A stretch of 64,000 nt of DNA from positions 160,001 to 224,000 of the forward strand of contig CAWGYD010000010.1 of assembly GCA_963826785.1 (NCBI GenBank), in the 5' to 3' direction. Shown piece by piece: positions 42,286 to 51,982 of the stretch. Positions within the stretch are counted from its first letter, which is position 1. The number at the start of each line of letters is the position of its first letter. The DNA comes from an uncultured delta proteobacterium (GTDB taxonomy: Bacteria > Desulfobacterota > Desulfobacteria > Desulfobacterales > Desulfosalsimonadaceae). The notes below the pieces were generated by a model that searched no databases, was not told the origin of the DNA, and saw nothing but the letters and a program-made list of their open reading frames with translations. Made by a program: the position numbers and the translations under genes.

Positions 42286-43591
42286 AAAAACGATCGTCTC
42301 CCCTGCCCTGTCCGTGATCACCCTGGGATGCAAGGTCAACCAGTATGAATCCGAGTCGCTGCAGGCCGAAATGAAGGCGTCCGGCTGGAAATCGGATCAT
42401 CGTCCCGATGTCTGCATCGTCAATACGTGCAGCGTCACCCACAAGGCGGCTTTTCAGTCCCGCCAGGCCATCCGGCGGGCCATCCGCGATTATCCCGGCG
42501 CGGTAATCATTGCCACGGGCTGCTATGCGCAATCCGAACCCCAGGTTCTCCAAAAGATCGAAGGACTGGATTATATCATCGGCAATGCTCAAAAAGAAAA
42601 TCTTCCGGAAATTCTTTCCGGAACGCTTTTAAAACAGGGCCGCTTCCCCCAAAAGATCATGGGCGAATTCAGCAAAATTGAAACCATCGGGCGAGCAGCT
42701 GCCGGCAGCCGCGCCAGGCCATTTATCAAAATCCAGGACGGATGCGAAGCTTTCTGCACCTACTGCATTGTTCCCTACACCCGGGGTCCCAGCCGGAGCC
42801 TTGCGCCCCATAAAGTCTTGGAACAGATTGAATCTTTATCGGACCAGGGGGCCATGGAAGTGGTCTTGAGCGGCATCCACCTGGGAAAATACGGTCTTGA
42901 TCTGAATCCGCCCTTTCCCCTGATCAATCTCCTGCGCCAGATTCATCGACAGAACCGGATCCATCGTATTCGCCTGAGTTCCATCGAACCCGGGGAATTA
43001 ACGCAGGAACTGCTCACGTTTATCGCCGATTCAGGACGGATCTGTGATCATTTGCACATTCCATTGCAAAGCGGTGACGCACAGGTGCTTAAAAAGATGG
43101 GGCGCCCCTACACGCCGGATGAATTTTCAAGCCTGGTCAGGCGGATTCGCGCCTTGCTGCCGGACGCGGCGATCGGCGCGGATGTGATGGTCGGCTTTCC
43201 CGGCGAAACAAAGGAGGCATTTGCCAATACCTATTCTTTGCTTGAGACGCTGCCCGTGACATACCTTCATGTGTTCCCCTTTTCTCCGCGCCCGAATACG
43301 CCCGCCAGCCGATATCCCGATCCGGTGCCGGCAGATGAGATCCGGAAGCGCAGACAGGCCCTGACCCGAATGGGCGCGGAAAAGAAAAAAACTTTCCATG
43401 AAAGCATGATGGGAAAAGCGCTTGAAGTGATCATCGAAGATAAGCGGGATTCAAAAACCGGATGGCTCAAGGGCATGAGTAAAAATTATGTGCGGGTGCT
43501 GATAGACGGTGATAACCGACTGAAAAACCGGATGATCATCTGCCGGCCGGATAAAATATCGGATTCGGGCGATCTGATGGCCGCCATTTAA
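42278..43591 (+). CDS. mtaB: t6A37 methylthiotransferase MtaB
   Basis: TLGCKVNQYES, NTCSVT, TGCYAQ, IQDGCEAFCTYC and HVFPFSPR. Confidence 0.93.
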   Translation: MPEKTIVSPALSVITLGCKVNQYESESLQAEMKASGWKSDHRPDVCIVNTCSVTHKAAFQSRQAIRRAIRDYPGAVIIATGCYAQSEPQVLQKIEGLDYIIGNAQKENLPEILSGTLLKQGRFPQKIMGEFSKIETIGRAAAGSRARPFIKIQDGCEAFCTYCIVPYTRGPSRSLAPHKVLEQIESLSDQGAMEVVLSGIHLGKYGLDLNPPFPLINLLRQIHRQNRIHRIRLSSIEPGELTQELLTFIADSGRICDHLHIPLQSGDAQVLKKMGRPYTPDEFSSLVRRIRALLPDAAIGADVMVGFPGETKEAFANTYSLLETLPVTYLHVFPFSPRPNTPASRYPDPVPADEIRKRRQALTRMGAEKKKTFHESMMGKALEVIIEDKRDSKTGWLKGMSKNYVRVLIDGDNRLKNRMIICRPDKISDSGDLMAAI

Positions 43592-43676
43592 GACGGATAT
43601 GATTTTTCACCAAGCGGTACGATTAAACATGCGCCTTGAACATTGTCGCCGCTTTTTTTTACAGAAAGGGACCGTG

Positions 43677-44078
43677 ATGAGCGATATCCAGGAAGAAGCA
43701 CGCACCACTTTTACCATCTCCGAGCTTTCCGACCAGCTTGATATCAGTGCCCGGGCCATCCGTTTTTACGAGGAGAAAGGCCTGATCCTTCCCCAGCGGA
43801 CCAAAGGCAACCACCGATTTTACAGCAAGAGGGACCGGGCCCGGCTGAAGTTGATTTTGCGGGGCAAGCGGCTGGGCTACTCCCTGGATGAAATCGCGGA
43901 AATGATCGGCATGGCGGATTTCAGCATGGATGAGAAGCAGCAACTCGTCAAAAGTCTCGAGTACGGCCGGAAAAAACTCAAGGAAATCAATGAGCGGATG
44001 GAAGAACTGGAAATTCTCAAGCAGGACCTGCTGGCCATTCAGCAAAAAATCACCTCCCGCTTGAGCGAACTGTCCTGA
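43677..44078 (+). CDS. MerR family transcriptional regulator
   Basis: FTISEL..DISARAIRFYEEKGLI and LILRGKRLGYSLDEI (LiuR-like pattern). Confidence 0.9.
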   Translation: MSDIQEEARTTFTISELSDQLDISARAIRFYEEKGLILPQRTKGNHRFYSKRDRARLKLILRGKRLGYSLDEIAEMIGMADFSMDEKQQLVKSLEYGRKKLKEINERMEELEILKQDLLAIQQKITSRLSELS

Positions 44079-44153
44079 TCCGTCCTCATAGAATACGATT
44101 GTCCCCTTTTTAAACATCAAGTCCTGCCAGATTTTGCCAAAGGAGGAAAACAC

Positions 44154-44876
44154 ATGGCCATCATCGAATGGAAAAAGGACCAAAACGTCGGCATCATTTA
44201 TTTAAACAACGGGGAAAATCGGCAGAATCTGGATTTTGCCCATGCGCTGGACCACACGCTTGACGAGATGATCACAGATCCGACCATCACTGCGGTGGTC
44301 ATTTCATCCACGGACCCTAAATTCTGGTCTCTGGGCGTGGATATCGAATGGCTGGGAAAACAGATGCAAGATCAGAACGTTGACAACATCAAGGCGTTCA
44401 TGTACGGCATGAACGCGGTGTTTAAAAAACTTCTGCTGCTGCCGGTGCCCGTCATCGCGGCCATCAACGGGCATGCTTTCGGAAACGGCGCCATTCTCGC
44501 CTGCGCCTGCGATTTCAGGTTCATGAAGTCGGACAGGGGGTATTTCTGCTTTCCGGAAGTGGATTTGGGCATCCCCTTTCTTCCGGGCATGATCGCCTTT
44601 ATCCGCAAGGCATTGCCATCATACAAGATCAATGAAATGATGCTCACCGGAAAACGGGCGGGGGCAGTTGAACTGGAAGCCGATCACGTAATCGAAAAAG
44701 CCTGCGCAAATGACCAGGCGCTGCATACCGAAGCCATGTCTTTTGCCGCAGGGTTTCACAAAAAGAGGGGGATCTTCGCCGAGCATAAAAAGCGGCTGCA
44801 CAAACGGATCATCGAGATCATCGATACGCAGGACCCCGAATATATCGACAGCCTGTTTCTGATGGTCCAGGATTGA
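44154..44876 (+). CDS. Enoyl-CoA hydratase/isomerase family protein (delta3,delta2-isomerase-like)
   Basis: AAINGHAFGNG, ACDFR and FPEVDLG. Confidence 0.88.
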   Translation: MAIIEWKKDQNVGIIYLNNGENRQNLDFAHALDHTLDEMITDPTITAVVISSTDPKFWSLGVDIEWLGKQMQDQNVDNIKAFMYGMNAVFKKLLLLPVPVIAAINGHAFGNGAILACACDFRFMKSDRGYFCFPEVDLGIPFLPGMIAFIRKALPSYKINEMMLTGKRAGAVELEADHVIEKACANDQALHTEAMSFAAGFHKKRGIFAEHKKRLHKRIIEIIDTQDPEYIDSLFLMVQD

Positions 44877-44886
44877 AGAGCGGGCA

Positions 44887-45504
44887 TCAGGTAAACGCGG
44901 AGATATTGAAAAACTTGAGTGTTTCTTTGGCTTCCCGGATATATTCCTGCCGGTCCAGTCCCAGCATGGGGCGAAAGAAGTTCTCGCCGGAAATAAAGTT
45001 GTGAATGGCATTCATGATGGACAGGACCTTCATCCTGGCGGCAACCGGGACATTTTTCCGATCCTGGGCCAGCCCCATGGAATAGGCGATGTCTGAAATG
45101 TATTCCGGCACCGTAAAATCGATCAGGCTTCCGTGGCGGGTCTTGGTGAAATACCGGAACAGGGTCAGGTTGGAAATTTCCGGATTTTCAAACAGGTAAT
45201 CCGCAATCTCGTCGATGGCGATTTCAATGCGCTCGGCAAGGGGCCGCCCCTTGATGATCTTTTCAATTTCGATCAGTTTCTGTCGCAGTCCGTTATTGAT
45301 ATCCAAGACCACCGCCTCATAGAGATCCCCTTTTTCCCCCCAGTGGTAATACAGGGTCGATATGTCGATGTTCACGGCTTTTGCGATCATGCGGGTGGTG
45401 GTGCCGTGAAACCCGTATTCGCCGAATATTCTGCGGGCCGCCGCCAGAATCTTTGCCTTCATGGAATCGGGATTCTGCTTGGCCTTTTCAAGTGATGATG
45501 CCAT
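44887..45504 (-). CDS. TetR/AcrR family regulator
   Basis: GFHGTTTRMIAKAVNIDISTLYYHWGEK. Confidence 0.92.
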   Translation of the reverse strand: MASSLEKAKQNPDSMKAKILAAARRIFGEYGFHGTTTRMIAKAVNIDISTLYYHWGEKGDLYEAVVLDINNGLRQKLIEIEKIIKGRPLAERIEIAIDEIADYLFENPEISNLTLFRYFTKTRHGSLIDFTVPEYISDIAYSMGLAQDRKNVPVAARMKVLSIMNAIHNFISGENFFRPMLGLDRQEYIREAKETLKFFNISAFT

Positions 45505-45531
45505 TTTATTTCCTGCCTCTTCTGCCGGGTT

Positions 45532-46674
45532 TTAAATGATCCCGTTTGCTTCAAAATCCTTTATCTGTTCATCTGAAAATCCCATTTCATTCAGGATTTC
45601 CGCGGTGTGCTCCCCGAATTCCGGCGGGCGCGTCCGGATGGAGCCCGGCGTCCGGCTCAATTTCACCGGCGTACCCAACACGGTTAACGGTTTCCCGGCT
45701 TTGTCCACAACACTGGCCACCATTTCCCTTTCCGCAAACAGGGGGTCTTTGAGGGCTTCATCCAGGGTTTTGACCGGACCCCAGCAGACATCGAGGCCGT
45801 CAAGCGCCGCCTCCCACTGGGCCAGGGTTTTCTGTTTGAACTTGGAACGCATGAACGAGATGATCTCATCCTTCATGGCGTCATCGTACTGGTGGGGAAT
45901 ATAGCCCGGAACCTCGAAAAATTCGCAGATGATTTTCCAGAACCGGTTTTCCACCGCGCCAATGGAAAGATAGCGGCCGTCTGCGGTTTCATAGGTATTG
46001 TAGCAGGCATAACGGTGGGACAGGATCGAATCGGATCGGCCGATGGGGGCACCCATCAACTGCCGGAAACCCAGCACCAGAGACAGCAGGCTCATGGCCC
46101 CGTCGGTCATCGAAATATCCACATACTGGCCTTTGCCGCTCATTTCCCGCGAATACAGCGCCATGACGACGCCGATCACTGCATACAGGGCCCCGCCGGC
46201 AATGTCGGCGATTTGAAATCCCGGTATCAGCGGCCGGCCGTCCTTTTCTCCGATCAGGTCGAGCACGCCCGCGGTGCTCAGGTAATTGACGTCATGGCCG
46301 GCCTTTTCCCGCAGGGGGCCGGTCTGACCGTAACCGGAAATCGAGCAGTATACGATTTTTGGATTGATCCCTGAAAGGGTTTCATAATCGACTCCCAGCC
46401 GGGCGGTGACGCCGGGCCTGAACCCTTCCAGAACCACGTCGGCCGTTTTGACCATGGCATAAAAAATCTCCCGGCCGGCTTCGGACTTCAGATTCAATGT
46501 CATGTGCTGCTTATTGCGGCATATGGTTTTGGTGCCGCCGAATTCCGAAGCGTACCGCTTGTCTTCGATGGCGATGACCTGTGCCCCGTGATCGGCCAGT
46601 ACCATGGAGCAGAATGGTCCCGGCAGCAGCCGGGAAAGATCCAGAACCGTAATGTTATTCAATGCGCCTGCCAA
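45532..46674 (-). CDS. CaiB/BaiF family III CoA transferase (AMACR-like)
   Basis: DLSRLLPGP, LEGFRPGV, SISGYGQTGP, GHDVNY and ADIAGG. Confidence 0.93.
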   Translation of the reverse strand: MAGALNNITVLDLSRLLPGPFCSMVLADHGAQVIAIEDKRYASEFGGTKTICRNKQHMTLNLKSEAGREIFYAMVKTADVVLEGFRPGVTARLGVDYETLSGINPKIVYCSISGYGQTGPLREKAGHDVNYLSTAGVLDLIGEKDGRPLIPGFQIADIAGGALYAVIGVVMALYSREMSGKGQYVDISMTDGAMSLLSLVLGFRQLMGAPIGRSDSILSHRYACYNTYETADGRYLSIGAVENRFWKIICEFFEVPGYIPHQYDDAMKDEIISFMRSKFKQKTLAQWEAALDGLDVCWGPVKTLDEALKDPLFAEREMVASVVDKAGKPLTVLGTPVKLSRTPGSIRTRPPEFGEHTAEILNEMGFSDEQIKDFEANGII

Positions 46675-46841
46675 CTTTTTGCCTCCGTATTTCCGTTTGC
46701 CTCAGTCATTCGTATCCGTCTGCGATTCCATCGATGGTTTCCATCATTTGTTTGAAACAAATACCGATTTCGGTCTTCCAAGTCAACATAAAGAATTCGA
46801 TTATATTTTTGAATGATGTTTTAGGAAGTGAAAAAATTCTT

Positions 46842-46870
46842 TTGACAGGGGCTGAAAAAGGGCCTATTAT
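46842..46870 (+). promoter_or_regulatory. Near-consensus sigma-70 promoter for the fusion/thiolase operon
   Basis: TTGACA-17 nt-TATTAT. Confidence 0.65.
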
Positions 46871-47081
46871 CTCCCCATCATTTGCTGGAATAAATTGATG
46901 TGGCCCTATACATGATTCTTTTTATCGTCATTTCAAGATGATATCCGGCCATGCCGCTATTGTCATTTTTCGTATCAAAACAACGAATCAACGTGATCAT
47001 ATCGTATATTCAACATGTCCCGACATCGACTACATATTTTATCTTCATTTCTGATTACAAACATCAAAAGGAGGTAGTGAA

Positions 47082-49214
47082 ATGGCCTTAGATCTGGATG
47101 CCGTCGGAAAGAAAATCGGCCCCATTTCCAAAGATTACAACTGGAAAGATGTAATCCTGTATGCATTGGGCGTGGGTTCCGGATTTTCCGAACCCGAGTT
47201 CACCTATGAAAAAGACCTGAAAGTGATTCCCTCTTTTTCCATAGCGACGATATTTGATTTCCTGACCCATTTCGCCATCAAGGCCAATGTGAATCTGGCC
47301 GGCATTCTGCATGGCGAGCAGGACCTGATCTTTCATCAACCCATCCCCATTGAAGGGACCCTGACCACGGACGGCCAGATCACCCATTTTTATGACAAGG
47401 GGAAAGGCAAAGGGGCCCTGATGGTCGGCGAAAGCGACACTTACCATTCGAACGGCAAAAAGCTGTTCACCAGCAAGCTGACCCTGTTTGCGCGTCTGGA
47501 TGGCGGCTTTAACGGTGAGGAAGCGCCAAAGGAAACCTTTGCTTTTCCGGAAAAAGCCCCCGATTTTGAAATAGAAGCCCGCCCCGACCCGGATCAGCCG
47601 CTCCTCTACCGGCTTTCCGGCGACGTATTTGCACTCCATGCCGATCCCGAGTTCGCCAAGATGGCCGGGTTTGAAAAGCCGATCATGCATGGGCTCTGCA
47701 CCTACGGGTATGCCTGCCGGGCTCTCATGCAGAGCCTGACCCCGGGTGAACCGGAAAAGGTCCGCCGGCTCAAATGCCGTTTTTCCCGCCCCCTGTACCC
47801 GGGCGACCCGATCCGGACCCAGATCTGGAAAACCGGGGATGGCCGTGCGGTGTGGAAGGTCATCAATACCAAATCCGGCGAAGAGGTCATCACCAACGGT
47901 GTTTTCGAATACGGCGACGTTCCCAGAAATGAACTGCGCTTTGATGATCAGGTGGCCATCGTGACCGGCGCCGGCGGCGGCCTGGGAAAAGTGTACGCCC
48001 TGGAACTGGCCAAGCGCGGCGCTAAAGTGGTCGTCAATGACCTGGGTGGAAGCCGTGACGGACAGGGCGGCGCCAGGGGACCGGCAGACCAGGTGGTGGA
48101 TGAGATCACGGCCATGGGCGGCCAGGCCGTGGCCAACTATGATAACGTGGCCACCCCGGAAGGCGGCGAAAACATCGTCAAATCCGCCCTGGAAACATTT
48201 GGCACCGTGGACATCCTGATCAACAACGCGGGAATTCTTCGGGACAAGAGCTTCATCAAAATGGAGCCCGAAAACTGGAAAGCGGTGCTGGATGTTCACC
48301 TGGTGGGCGCCTATAACGTCACCCGGCCGGCATTTGCGGTCATGCGGGAAAAAGGCTACGGCCGAATCATCATGACCACCTCCGCAGCCGGCCTGTACGG
48401 CAATTTCGGTCAAACCAACTACAGCGCCGCCAAGATGGGGCTGGTGGGCTTCATGAATACCCTGAAGCTGGAAGGCCGTAAATACGACATCAAGGTCAAC
48501 ACGGTGGCCCCTATTGCTGCCTCACGCTTGACCGAGGACATCATGCCCCCGGATCTCTTTGAAAAACTCAAACCCGAGTATGTCTCGCCCCTGGTGCTTT
48601 ACCTGTCGTCGGATCGCTGCAAGGAAACCGGTTATATGTACAACGCCGGAATGGGATTTTTCAACCGGGCCGCCGTGGTCACCGGCTCCGGAACCACCAT
48701 CGGCGACGGGATCAACCCGCCGGCCGCGGAAGATGTGGCTGCCAGTTTCGACAAGATCAGCTCGCTTTCCGGAGGGAAGGAATACGGGGAACTGAACGAA
48801 CAGGTGGGCGACCTGATGAATGCATTTTCCGCTCCCGCTTCGGGCAGCGGACAGCGTGCCGGAAAAAAGCAGGCCGGCTCGGTGAAGGATGTTTTTTCCG
48901 CCATGGCCGATGCCTTCGACCCTGAAGCCGCCAAAGGCGTGGATGTGATATTTCAGTACCACATTTCCGGGGATAAGGGAGGCGACTGGCAGGTGGTGAT
49001 TCAAAATCAGACCTGCACGGTTTCACCGGGGGTTCACGAAAAGCCCACCTGCACGCTGAAGATGCAGGATATCGATTTTCTGGACATGATCGGCGGCACC
49101 CTGCCCGCCATGCAGGCGTACACGTCCGGAAAGCTGAAAATCGAGGGGGACATCATGAAATCCCAGCTGATCGAAAAACTGTTCAAATCATATAATAAGG
49201 AGATCAAATCATGA
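47082..49214 (+). CDS. Fusion: (R)-specific hydratase-2 (MaoC double hot-dog), SDR dehydrogenase and SCP2
   Basis: ILYALGVG, LHGEQ, YRLSGDxxxLH and MHGLCT; TGAGGGLG, NNAGILRD and NYSAAK; C-terminal GKLKIEGD. Confidence 0.9.
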   Translation: MALDLDAVGKKIGPISKDYNWKDVILYALGVGSGFSEPEFTYEKDLKVIPSFSIATIFDFLTHFAIKANVNLAGILHGEQDLIFHQPIPIEGTLTTDGQITHFYDKGKGKGALMVGESDTYHSNGKKLFTSKLTLFARLDGGFNGEEAPKETFAFPEKAPDFEIEARPDPDQPLLYRLSGDVFALHADPEFAKMAGFEKPIMHGLCTYGYACRALMQSLTPGEPEKVRRLKCRFSRPLYPGDPIRTQIWKTGDGRAVWKVINTKSGEEVITNGVFEYGDVPRNELRFDDQVAIVTGAGGGLGKVYALELAKRGAKVVVNDLGGSRDGQGGARGPADQVVDEITAMGGQAVANYDNVATPEGGENIVKSALETFGTVDILINNAGILRDKSFIKMEPENWKAVLDVHLVGAYNVTRPAFAVMREKGYGRIIMTTSAAGLYGNFGQTNYSAAKMGLVGFMNTLKLEGRKYDIKVNTVAPIAASRLTEDIMPPDLFEKLKPEYVSPLVLYLSSDRCKETGYMYNAGMGFFNRAAVVTGSGTTIGDGINPPAAEDVAASFDKISSLSGGKEYGELNEQVGDLMNAFSAPASGSGQRAGKKQAGSVKDVFSAMADAFDPEAAKGVDVIFQYHISGDKGGDWQVVIQNQTCTVSPGVHEKPTCTLKMQDIDFLDMIGGTLPAMQAYTSGKLKIEGDIMKSQLIEKLFKSYNKEIKS

Positions 49215-51955
49215 TTGGAATCACATCTTACGGCGCCTATATTCCCCGTTTGAGATTAAACCGGATGGCGATTTTTCAAAGCATGGGATGGTTCGCCCCG
49301 GCGGTCATCATGGTGGCCCAGGGGGAACGCTCCATGTGCAACTGGGATGAAGACCCCATCACCATGGCGGTTGCCGCTTCCAGGGACTGCCTGGCCGGCA
49401 TGGACAAATCCGGAATCGACGGGATGTTTCTGGCCTCAACCACCCTGCCCTTTGCCGACCGCCAGAACGCCGGCATCGTGTCAACGGCCTTGAATTTACC
49501 GGACCAGATCGCCACGGCAGATTACACCTCCTCCCAGAAAGCGGGCACCAATGCCCTGCTCGGAGCCCTGGAATCCGTCAAAAGCGGCGAGCGCAAATCC
49601 GTTCTGGTGACGGGCACGGACCAGCGGGAAACCCGGCCGGCCTATTTTTATGAAATGTGGTTCGGCGACGGGGCGGCATCCCTTCTGGTGGGCGACACCG
49701 ATGTGATCGCCGAGTTCAAGGGCTCCTATTCGGTCTCCTATGACTTCGTGGACCATTATCGCGGCGCCCGGAAGCGTTTCGACTACACATGGGAGGAACG
49801 GTGGGTCCGGGATGAAGGATATTCCAAGATCATTCCGGAAGCAGTTAACGGACTGCTGAAAAAATGCAATCTGAACATCCAAGATGTCAGCAGACTGGTT
49901 TATCCCTGCTATTTCAAAGCCGAACACCGGGGCATCGCCAAAAAACTGGGGGCCTCCGCCGGGCAGCTGGTGGACAACCTGCACGAGGTGTGCGGCGAAA
50001 CCGGCACGGCCCATCCCCTGCTCATGCTGACCCAGGCCCTGGATGAAGCCAAACCCGGCGACAAAATCGTGGTGGCCGGGTTCGGCCAGGGATCGAATGC
50101 CTTTTTGTTTCAGGTGACTGAAAATATCGAAAAACTGCCCAGGCGGGATAAATTCAAGACCACGCTGGAGTACAAGGAAACGATCGACAATTACCCCAAG
50201 TTCCTGGAATTCAGAAATTTGATCGAGCCGGAGCGCGGCATCCGTGCCGAATCGCCCACCCAGACGGCCGTGACCGTCCTGTGGCGCCGGCGCAAAATGC
50301 TGCTGGGTCTGGTGGGCGGAAAATGCAGTGCCTGCGGCACCGCCCAGTTTCCCAAAACCCAGGTGTGCGTCAACCCCGCCTGCGTCGCCCATCATACCCA
50401 GCAAGACTATGAATTTGCAGATATTCCCGCCAAGGTAAAGACATATACCGGCGATCTGCTCGCCGTATCGGTGGACCCGCCCCACATTTACGGCATGGTC
50501 CAGTTCGAGGGGGGCGGCCGGTTCATGGCCGATTTTACCGACTGCAAGCTAAACGAGGTCAAGGTCGGGCTTCCCGTGCAGATGGTATTTAGAAAACGCG
50601 GTGATGACCCCCAGCGCGGCTTTGTCAATTACTTCTGGAAAGCCACCCCCATTCCCGGCGCCGCCGACGAGCTGAACAAGATCCGTTTCGACGGCCGGGT
50701 GGCCATTGTCACCGGTGCCGGCGGCGGACTGGGCCGCACTTATGCGCTGGAAATGGCCAAACGCGGCGCGGCCGTGGTCATCAACGATCTGGGCGGCGCC
50801 CGTGACGGTTCCGGCGGCGGCTCGACCTCGGCTGCGGACAAAGTGGTCGAGGAAATCAAAGCCATGGGCGGAAAGGCCGTTGCCAACTACGACAATGTCG
50901 CCACCCCCGAAGGGGGCGAAAACATCGTCAAGGCCGCCATGGACGCCTTCGGCCGGGTGGACATCCTGATCAACAATGCGGGCATTCTGCGGGACAAGAG
51001 CTTTACCAAAATGGAGCCGGACAACTGGGCCGCGGTCAAGGCGGTTCATTTGAACGGGGCATACAACGTAACCCGCCCCGCCTATAAAATCATGCGGGAA
51101 AACGGCTTCGGCCGCATCATCATGACCACATCGGCCGCCGGTCTGTACGGCAATTTCGGCCAGACCAACTACAGCGCCGCCAAGATGGCCCTGGTGGGTT
51201 TGATGAACACCCTCAAGCTGGAAGGCCAGAAATATGACGTGAAGGTCAATACGGTGGCCCCCATCGCCGCTTCCCGGCTCACCGAGGATATCATGCCGCC
51301 GGAAGTGTTTGAAAAACTCAAACCCGAATTCGTGGCCCCGCTGGTGCTCTATCTGTGCAGCGAAAAATGCGGGGAAACCGGAAAGATATTCAATGCCGGG
51401 ATGGGCTACTTCAACCGGGCGGCCGTTCTGACCAGCCCGGGCATCAAGCTCGGCGAAGGCGATCAGCTTCCCACGCCCGAAGAGATCAGCGAAAAAATCG
51501 AGCACATCAACGACATGGAAGGGGCCAAGGAATTTGCGGATTTGAATTCCGCCCTGATGGACCTGATGACCCCAAAAGCCGCCGTCGCCAAAAAAGGCCC
51601 TGAAAAGGAAGCCGGGGGGGCCGACGGGGGGGCCAAGGTGAGCGTTGCGGAAATTTTCGACAAGATGCCCGGCGCCTTCAACAAAGAGGCCGCCAAGGGA
51701 GTGGATGTGGTCTTTCAGTATGACATCTCCGGACCGTCCGGCGGGCAGTGGACCGTCGCCATCAAGGATCAGACCTGCACGGTCTCCCAGGGCACTGCCG
51801 ATAAGCCGACCTGCACGCTGAAAATCGCCGATGCCGACTTTGTCGACATGATTTCCGGGGTGCTCGATCCCATGAAGGCGTTTACCACCGGGAAACTCAA
51901 GATCGATGGAGACGTGATGAAATCCCAGCTGATCGGGAAACTGTTTAAACTCTAA
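49211..51955 (+). CDS. Fusion: HMG-CoA synthase-like domain, DUF35 (Zn ribbon/OB), SDR and SCP2
   Basis: IGITSYGAYIPRLRL, DEDPITMA and GDGAA; CSAC...CVNPAC; SDR motifs as in the upstream gene; GKLKIDGD. Confidence 0.88.
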   Translation: MIGITSYGAYIPRLRLNRMAIFQSMGWFAPAVIMVAQGERSMCNWDEDPITMAVAASRDCLAGMDKSGIDGMFLASTTLPFADRQNAGIVSTALNLPDQIATADYTSSQKAGTNALLGALESVKSGERKSVLVTGTDQRETRPAYFYEMWFGDGAASLLVGDTDVIAEFKGSYSVSYDFVDHYRGARKRFDYTWEERWVRDEGYSKIIPEAVNGLLKKCNLNIQDVSRLVYPCYFKAEHRGIAKKLGASAGQLVDNLHEVCGETGTAHPLLMLTQALDEAKPGDKIVVAGFGQGSNAFLFQVTENIEKLPRRDKFKTTLEYKETIDNYPKFLEFRNLIEPERGIRAESPTQTAVTVLWRRRKMLLGLVGGKCSACGTAQFPKTQVCVNPACVAHHTQQDYEFADIPAKVKTYTGDLLAVSVDPPHIYGMVQFEGGGRFMADFTDCKLNEVKVGLPVQMVFRKRGDDPQRGFVNYFWKATPIPGAADELNKIRFDGRVAIVTGAGGGLGRTYALEMAKRGAAVVINDLGGARDGSGGGSTSAADKVVEEIKAMGGKAVANYDNVATPEGGENIVKAAMDAFGRVDILINNAGILRDKSFTKMEPDNWAAVKAVHLNGAYNVTRPAYKIMRENGFGRIIMTTSAAGLYGNFGQTNYSAAKMALVGLMNTLKLEGQKYDVKVNTVAPIAASRLTEDIMPPEVFEKLKPEFVAPLVLYLCSEKCGETGKIFNAGMGYFNRAAVLTSPGIKLGEGDQLPTPEEISEKIEHINDMEGAKEFADLNSALMDLMTPKAAVAKKGPEKEAGGADGGAKVSVAEIFDKMPGAFNKEAAKGVDVVFQYDISGPSGGQWTVAIKDQTCTVSQGTADKPTCTLKIADADFVDMISGVLDPMKAFTTGKLKIDGDVMKSQLIGKLFKL

Positions 51956-51982
51956 TCATTTGCCATAACAGGAGGAAATACC

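Noticed and set aside
47088..48413. Long antisense ORFs (also 3364-4725, 5380-6435, 13213-14214, 15544-16533, 49496-50485, 50549-51505, 59745-60968)
   Set aside because: They mirror confident genes on the opposite strand, which is expected with GC-rich codon bias, and show no recognisable motifs.
49180..49214. Possible frameshift extending the first fusion's C-terminus (KLFKSYNKEIKS versus KLFKL in the paralogue)
   Set aside because: The extension gives a normal ATGA overlap with the next gene, so no error needs to be assumed.
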